Assembly (NCBI GenBank): GCA_023473545.1
Contig: JAMCXO010000002.1
Coordinates: 6,340 to 70,339 of the forward strand
Reading direction: 5' to 3'
DNA from: Patescibacteria group bacterium
Lineage (GTDB): Bacteria; Patescibacteriota; Microgenomatia; Levybacterales; UBA12049
Length of the DNA: 64,000 nt
Shown: piece by piece, positions 58,448-64,000 of the stretch
Layout: each line of letters opens with the position of its first letter
How positions within the stretch are numbered: position 1 is the first letter of the stretch
The notes under the pieces: model-generated
Told to the model about the DNA's origin: nothing
Databases searched by the model: none
Seen by the model: only the letters and a program-made list of their open reading frames with translations
Position numbers and translations under genes: made by a program

Positions 58448-59481
58448 GTAAATTTTGTCACCAATCCCAACAACTTAAAATTCCAACCCACCCGGTGGCC
58501 TTTGCCCGATTGATTGATAAATTCATTTCGGTGAGATTCGTACCACTTATAGTTTTCCAATAAAAGCTGCTGATTGGATTTAGTCGCCTTCCATCCTAAT
58601 ATCTTTTCTGCATTCTTTGTGTCAACATAAGAATTGACCGGCAGTGTTTTGTAATGCCAGGCTGATACAGGAGACAGATTTAATAATTCAAGAATTCTCA
58701 GCATCATCTGCGAAGGAAAAACAGGAAGCGAGATTATCTTTGTTCTGCTTTTGGCATACTTTATAACATATTCTAGATCTTTTCTCCAGGTTTTAAATTC
58801 CTGGGCCCCGATATTAAAAATTTGCCGGTCCGTTTTTGTCTTTAACGCCTTTACTATTGCCTCTATCACGTCCGACACCGCCAATAACTGATACTTATTA
58901 TTTCCTGATCCCAAAATAAATAATTTTTTGCCGTTATAAATCGCTTCAAACCAGATAGTAAAAACCCCCAGTCTCTCGGGTCCGAGAAAAGTTTTCGGCC
59001 TAATAATATTTACCGATAACCCTTTTTCTCCGTATCTAAGACATAGCTTCTCCCCTTCTGCCTTTGACTGACCGTAGTAACCGATGGGCGAAATACGATC
59101 TGTCTCTTTTTCGGGCAGATGATTAGGCACACCGTAAACCGCAGTCGAGGAGATAAAAACTAAGCGTTTTACTTTATTTTTAAGAGAGGCCTCAAGCACA
59201 TTTTTTGTTCCGTTTATATTTACGCCAAAGATAATTTTTTTACTTCTTTGGATTGGCAATGCGGCTGCCGCATGAACCACATAGTCTTGGTTCCGCAAGG
59301 CTTTACCAACCAGGCTTTTATTTCTTACGTCTCCTTTTATTACAGTTACCTTACCGATCAGATCTTTTGCTTCTAAAGAAGCAATATCAAGAAGGGTTAC
59401 ATTATATTTTTCCTGGAGAAGCCTTCTGGCAAGATGCACGCCTAAAAATCCGCACCCGCCGGTAATAAGAACCTTTTGCAT
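58444..59481 (-). CDS. NAD-dependent epimerase/dehydratase (SDR family; UDP-sugar 4-epimerase-like).
   Basis: N-terminal TGGCGFLG Rossmann motif and a YxxxK-type active site region. Confidence 0.85.
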   Translation of the reverse strand: MQKVLITGGCGFLGVHLARRLLQEKYNVTLLDIASLEAKDLIGKVTVIKGDVRNKSLVGKALRNQDYVVHAAAALPIQRSKKIIFGVNINGTKNVLEASLKNKVKRLVFISSTAVYGVPNHLPEKETDRISPIGYYGQSKAEGEKLCLRYGEKGLSVNIIRPKTFLGPERLGVFTIWFEAIYNGKKLFILGSGNNKYQLLAVSDVIEAIVKALKTKTDRQIFNIGAQEFKTWRKDLEYVIKYAKSRTKIISLPVFPSQMMLRILELLNLSPVSAWHYKTLPVNSYVDTKNAEKILGWKATKSNQQLLLENYKWYESHRNEFINQSGKGHRVGWNFKLLGLVTKFT

Positions 59482-59578
59482 AGAAACTATTGTACTATCC
59501 CTACTCTTACTAAAGCAAGACTGGCTAGAATCTCAATTAAGTTTTGAATCCCATGCGTTTCTTTATGGTTAGGGTTTT

Positions 59579-61294
59579 TCACGAGCTCTTTTTAAATATC
59601 ATAACCTTTGGATGGTCATAGACGGTAAACGATTCATCGGCTGATTGGTCGTTAATTCTAATATTAAGAAACGGAATCGTTGGATAAACAGAAAATTCAG
59701 CGACCTTCTTAAATCCGAGTTTTCCGCTAAACAGCCTTCTGTAGTAATTAGCTGTCTGAGGGTAGCACGAATGAGGATAAAGTTTAGCGCAATCGGACAA
59801 TTTCTGCAAAGGCACATAGAGTCTGTTAGAGGCAATAATAATATATTGCGTTTGAGATAGCTCTCTATCAATCTTTTCCCATTTAAATGGAGTATCAGGA
59901 TCATAAAGGGCTAAGGTTAAAATCCTATAATTTCCTCCGCCAAAAAGAGGCAACTCGTCGTCCCAGTGTTCAACTGCCAGGATTGATCCTTTAGGAATGT
60001 GTTTATTAATCCAGTTGGAGGCAAGAACGCGGGTGTTGGGACGGGTGTAAATATGAAAGAAAGATATTGGCCAAATCAATAAAAGAGCACAAAGCATTAA
60101 GCATAAGGTATTAACTATAAAGAGGCTTTTTGCTCTAAGTTTTATTAAATCGAATATTTTCGCTACGGATATGGCGGCGAAAAGGGCTAGCAAGGGATAA
60201 AGAGGAAGCATATAGCGCATAAATCCAATAGCAAATCTACCGACAACCAAAAAATATGACCAGAAGAAAACAGCTAAAATAAGCTCCCCTGCCCATTTTT
60301 CGCCTTTTTCCTTACGCAAGGCAAGGACGGTAAAATAAAAAGCGCCGATAAAAGAAAGCGTGGAAAAAATCGGTCCCAAGCCAAACAGAAATATATTTTT
60401 TATTTCGTAAAGATAGGGAATCTTCCCAACATACTGCAGGGTATAAGGAAAAGCGAAGGCATTATGAGTCATTCGGTATTGCTCTAAGGTCTGCTGAGAA
60501 AATGTTTTAAAATCAATAAGAGCGTAAGGCTCAAAGAGCATAAATGTTAAGCTGGCGCTAACTGCTATAAGAGCAGCCCGGACAATAAGTTTCTTTAAGA
60601 ATTTTGGCAGGTGGGGAAACCAGACGCGCACTCGGTGAGGGCTTTTAAAAAAAATAAGCAGAAAATCAATAATAAGCGACATACCCAGGGCAGGCAATAA
60701 CGCCATGGCGCTGACCTTGGTGGCCAGGGACAGACCAAAGAAAAACCCGACAACCACTGCCCTAACTAAGCTTGGCTTTTCGTAAAAATTGATTAAGCTG
60801 TAAAGGGTTACTAAAATAAAAAAGCTAAGAATTGTATCAACGGCGTAAAAATGCGATACCTGTATGGGAAAAAGGGCGATGCTATAAAAGAAAGCGGCCA
60901 GAAGCCCTGTTCTCTTGTCAAACAGCTTTTTAGCTAATAAAAATATAATAAGAATAGTAGCTCCGTCAAAAACCGACGACAAAAATCTGCCGACAAGATT
61001 TATGCTTTGGTAGGTTCGGAAAGCAGGGCCCAAGAAGATACCGGCTATACCGCCTGAGACCTTTAAAAGATAGAGGGGAAAACTGCCGTAAGCAAAAAAA
61101 TGGGGATCCAGGGAACTCCGGGGAGAAAAAAAATTCTTAAAGGAATGCGGCAGATGTAAAGGAAGCGTAAACATTACGATTGCTCTCTCGTCGGGATGGA
61201 GATGAAAACCCTGGTCCCAGTTAATGTCGTATAGCCGCAGGCAAAGACCTAACAGTACGATCACAAAAAGTATATAAAGATAATATTTTTTCAT
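59579..61294 (-). CDS. PMT/ArnT-like (GT39/GT83) membrane glycosyltransferase.
   Basis: First loop HPDERAIVM after TM1 (ArnT/PMT signature region); more than 10 TM helices; C-terminal soluble domain. Confidence 0.6.
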   Translation of the reverse strand: MKKYYLYILFVIVLLGLCLRLYDINWDQGFHLHPDERAIVMFTLPLHLPHSFKNFFSPRSSLDPHFFAYGSFPLYLLKVSGGIAGIFLGPAFRTYQSINLVGRFLSSVFDGATILIIFLLAKKLFDKRTGLLAAFFYSIALFPIQVSHFYAVDTILSFFILVTLYSLINFYEKPSLVRAVVVGFFFGLSLATKVSAMALLPALGMSLIIDFLLIFFKSPHRVRVWFPHLPKFLKKLIVRAALIAVSASLTFMLFEPYALIDFKTFSQQTLEQYRMTHNAFAFPYTLQYVGKIPYLYEIKNIFLFGLGPIFSTLSFIGAFYFTVLALRKEKGEKWAGELILAVFFWSYFLVVGRFAIGFMRYMLPLYPLLALFAAISVAKIFDLIKLRAKSLFIVNTLCLMLCALLLIWPISFFHIYTRPNTRVLASNWINKHIPKGSILAVEHWDDELPLFGGGNYRILTLALYDPDTPFKWEKIDRELSQTQYIIIASNRLYVPLQKLSDCAKLYPHSCYPQTANYYRRLFSGKLGFKKVAEFSVYPTIPFLNIRINDQSADESFTVYDHPKVMIFKKSS

Positions 61295-62937
61295 AGACTT
61301 TTCTTAAATATAAAAACTGTAGGCCGGTCAAATACGTCTGACGTTGTCTCGTAACGGAAAACAGGATCGCCTAAATAGGCGATTTTACAGAATATATCAC
61401 AGGGCGTCTGGTAAATAAGCTTATAGCCAAGTTTTCCGGAAAAAAGGGCCGAGTAAAATTTATAGCCATTAGGAAAACGGGTCCGATTAATAAATCTTGA
61501 CTTCATAATCCTTTGGCTGGGCAAGATAATATACTCATCATCTTTAAGTCTAAGCTTAAGATTTTGCCTTAGATAAGAATTGGAATCCAGACTATAAAAG
61601 TCGAAAAGACTAATATTTATAAAATACCGGTTAAAAGGAAGTATGCCCAAATCGTAGACCTCGCTTAAGATTCGCGCGTTTGAAGGTATATTATTTTTAG
61701 CCCATAAAGCCGCGGCCATACTGGTGTAACTTGAAGCATAAGTGGCAAGAACAAAGCTAACTGAAAATATTAAACCAATAATTGTCAACAAAATTAAAGT
61801 CGCGCGGTAGTAAAAAAATCTAAACTTATTAAGAATATCGCCTAATGCAACCCCCGAAATAATATAAACAAACGGCAGGGTTGGCACAATATATCTTGTC
61901 CATTTAACGAACAAAAAGGCATTGGGCAGGAATAAGACCAGAAAAAACAAAATCAGCAGTAAAAAATTCCTGCTTTTTGTCTTTAAACAAAGATAGCCAA
62001 GATAAAAAATCGAAAAAACAAAAATTAGGGTTATGATCGGATTTAACAAAAACGGATAGATTCTAAAAAATTGGTACAGTATTGGCACAGTGCCAAAAAA
62101 ATCACCGGTATAAAAAACAGGAATAGTTCCCAAGGCAACAGCTGATTCATAGCGCATGCTGGACAAAAAAGAATTAAAGTCTAAAAACGTATAAGGATTG
62201 GAAATTAGATAAACAACAAAAACAACAAATAAAAATAAAATGATGCGCTGTATAAATTCGGTAATGCCCGCGAATTTAATTTTTTTATTGCCTGCGATAT
62301 TTTTAAAATCAATTAGGAAAAAAATGCTAACTAAAAGAGGAATAAAGACAAGGGACGAAACCTTAATACCTACCAGTATGCCTGTTAAAACAGATATAAA
62401 AACGAGGCTAAGAAGGTTTGGTTTTTTAATGTAATTAATGCAAGATAGGAAAAGGACAAGCCCGAAAAAGGAAAGCCACATTTCAAACGTACCAAAATGG
62501 GCAAACTGAATATAGCCAACGCTAAAAAGAGAAAGCACTAAAGCAATTACTCCGCTTTTTTTACCGCCAATTTTACTGGCGGCAAAATAAGTCAAAGGTA
62601 TTAAAAATATACTCAAAAGCGCGGAAAATAGCCTGGAAACAATAATTGCCCGCAGAAGGGAAACGCTTAAAATAGGATAGCTTGCTGAAATCAAATTGAA
62701 GAAAACGGAGAGAAAATAGATTAAATATATCGGAAAACCGCCATAGGCAAAGAAACGCGGATTCATTTGACCCAAGAAATGCAGTTGGCTAACGGAGGAG
62801 GCAATATTTCGCTCGTCCGGATGAAAATAAAACGGAGAGCCCCAATTTAAATTAACAAATCTTAAAAATCCACCGATGGATACTAAAAACAAAATAATAA
62901 TTTTTGTTGAAAATTTAAGGCTTAAAAGTTTAGACAT
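61291..62937 (-). CDS. PMT/ArnT-like membrane glycosyltransferase (paralog of the preceding gene).
   Basis: The same architecture and an equivalent first-loop motif (HPDERNIASS); overlaps the neighbour's start by 4 nt. Confidence 0.6.
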   Translation of the reverse strand: MSKLLSLKFSTKIIILFLVSIGGFLRFVNLNWGSPFYFHPDERNIASSVSQLHFLGQMNPRFFAYGGFPIYLIYFLSVFFNLISASYPILSVSLLRAIIVSRLFSALLSIFLIPLTYFAASKIGGKKSGVIALVLSLFSVGYIQFAHFGTFEMWLSFFGLVLFLSCINYIKKPNLLSLVFISVLTGILVGIKVSSLVFIPLLVSIFFLIDFKNIAGNKKIKFAGITEFIQRIILFLFVVFVVYLISNPYTFLDFNSFLSSMRYESAVALGTIPVFYTGDFFGTVPILYQFFRIYPFLLNPIITLIFVFSIFYLGYLCLKTKSRNFLLLILFFLVLFLPNAFLFVKWTRYIVPTLPFVYIISGVALGDILNKFRFFYYRATLILLTIIGLIFSVSFVLATYASSYTSMAAALWAKNNIPSNARILSEVYDLGILPFNRYFINISLFDFYSLDSNSYLRQNLKLRLKDDEYIILPSQRIMKSRFINRTRFPNGYKFYSALFSGKLGYKLIYQTPCDIFCKIAYLGDPVFRYETTSDVFDRPTVFIFKKSL

Positions 62938-62970
62938 TAGGCAATTAGAAATTGATTAAAAATTAGAGAT

Positions 62971-64000
62971 TCATTTTTGGCGTAACAACAATGTTGCGAT
63001 TTTTTCTCCCAGTTCCACAGCATAATTAGTTCCCCTATCCCAAGGATAAACCTGCTGCATATTGGCTAAATAAACATTGTCTAAAGGCGTTTCAAAGGGA
63101 GGCATAACTTCGGAGTAATTGGTAAAAATGACAGGTTGGGCAAAAGGCGCCTTAAAAAGTTCAAAGTTCAAAATGCAAGATTCAAAATCAGGATTAATCC
63201 TTTTAAGATAAGGAGTGTAAATTTTGAGAAGTTCTTCTTTAGTCAGTTTCATATAGTGATGGCCGATCGGCAGATAATTTCCCAAATAAACAATGTGTTC
63301 ATTGTTATAATATTTTTTATCCATAAAGTTGGTATGTTCAACAATTGCCATAATAGGAGACTTACTATCACAGATGTTTAGCCAATAGGTTCCATCTTTA
63401 AGAAACGGTTCTTTTAATCTTAGAACTAAATTTATTGCGCCTAGGCTTTTTAGGCTTTTTAATTTTTTCTGGTAATCCAGGGGCAAATCTCGGACAATCT
63501 TTAGAAATAAAAACGAAGGCAAAGTTACGACAACCTTGTCGAATTCGCGGTCTTCGGTTTTTGAGTTCTGGGTTGTAATTCTGACTTTTGCATTTTGATT
63601 TTTGATTTCTTTAACTTCCGTATTGTAATAAAGTCTTCCGCCCCTTTTTTCAATTTCTTTCTGGAGATGCTGCGCAAAACCTAAAAATCCTCGCTCTGGA
63701 TAACGCAGGGACGGTGTCCTTTTTTTAATTCTTGCCCAAAACCAGGTAAAAGAAATGTTTTCTGTAAAACTTCCAAATTTGTTTACCAAAAGAGGTTCCC
63801 AAATCATTTCATATGTTTTTTTACCCATTATTTTTCTGAGTGTCTTTGCGGCATTTAATCCCTCAAGCGGCCTCCAGAAAGGATTTAAACGCAGAATGCC
63901 CAAAATAAATCCCAGGCGGATTCTTTGCCATATTGATAAAAGAGGAAATCGCATGAGACTCGCGGGTGAGTCTAGCTGATAAATATTACCTTCTATAAAA
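62971..64000 (-). CDS. FAD-dependent oxidoreductase (amine-oxidase / protoporphyrinogen-oxidase-like fold), partial. The N-terminus lies beyond the window end.
   Basis: The reading frame stays open upstream of the listed ATG to the window edge (…FIEGNIYQLDSPASL-MRFPLL). The C-terminal substrate-domain blocks match the amine oxidase superfamily. Confidence 0.55.
   Translation of the reverse strand, partial: FIEGNIYQLDSPASLMRFPLLSIWQRIRLGFILGILRLNPFWRPLEGLNAAKTLRKIMGKKTYEMIWEPLLVNKFGSFTENISFTWFWARIKKRTPSLRYPERGFLGFAQHLQKEIEKRGGRLYYNTEVKEIKNQNAKVRITTQNSKTEDREFDKVVVTLPSFLFLKIVRDLPLDYQKKLKSLKSLGAINLVLRLKEPFLKDGTYWLNICDSKSPIMAIVEHTNFMDKKYYNNEHIVYLGNYLPIGHHYMKLTKEELLKIYTPYLKRINPDFESCILNFELFKAPFAQPVIFTNYSEVMPPFETPLDNVYLANMQQVYPWDRGTNYAVELGEKIATLLLRQK

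Noticed and set aside
59521-59578. tRNA-like T-loop string (GTTTTGAATCCC) in the intergenic region.
   Set aside because: No acceptor, D-stem or anticodon stems can be folded around it.

Overview
Low-GC (about 35-40%), gene-dense bacterial segment with tight or overlapping gene junctions. The short forms of housekeeping proteins (AlaRS 597 aa, IF2 482 aa), the ATP-dependent ligase and the PMT/ArnT-like glycosyltransferases suggest a reduced-genome Patescibacteria/CPR-like lineage; this is inference, not a database result. The core backbone, mostly on the - strand, is: rpoB (5' part, runs off the window start), alaS, a sortase locus, mltG, crp, ytxH/DUF948, rodZ, ftsK, RNase J, a Lon-type AAA+ ATPase without a protease domain, the rpsO-pnp operon, a circularly permuted DsbA-like oxidoreductase, acyP, pth, an EndoQ-like PHP protein, and a nickel superoxide dismutase with its maturation peptidase (sodN-sodX). 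At about 22.6 kb a tRNA-Asn(GTT) is directly abutted by a large serine recombinase, followed by about 10 kb of overlapping - strand cargo genes: a two-gene BcgI-like (Type IIB) restriction-modification system (fused PD-(D/E)xK nuclease + N6-adenine methyltransferase, plus a two-TRD specificity subunit), an excisionase-like HTH, an unknown 390-aa protein, a SpoVG-like protein, a 482-aa unknown, and a Fic protein under a promoter with a perfect palindromic operator. This is followed by about 1.2 kb of decayed AT-rich DNA with gene remnants and a small accessory block (P-loop kinase-like, HExxH protein, GH15-like). The backbone resumes with infB-nusA, an LCP protein, tpiA, uvrD/pcrA, a FemAB-family protein, a TPR membrane protein, an ATP-dependent DNA ligase, a second Fic, nnr, trxB-trxA, and a cell-envelope glycosylation cluster (DUF2298/YYY protein, HAD, SDR epimerase, two PMT/ArnT-like GTs, an FAD oxidoreductase running off the window end) interrupted by a GC-rich two-gene insert. 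A recurring oddity is a family of short AT-rich tandem micro-repeats (7-nt units such as CTTTGAT, CAAATTT, TTAATTC) sitting in-frame inside several housekeeping CDSs. No rRNA, no CRISPR array and no transposase were seen.
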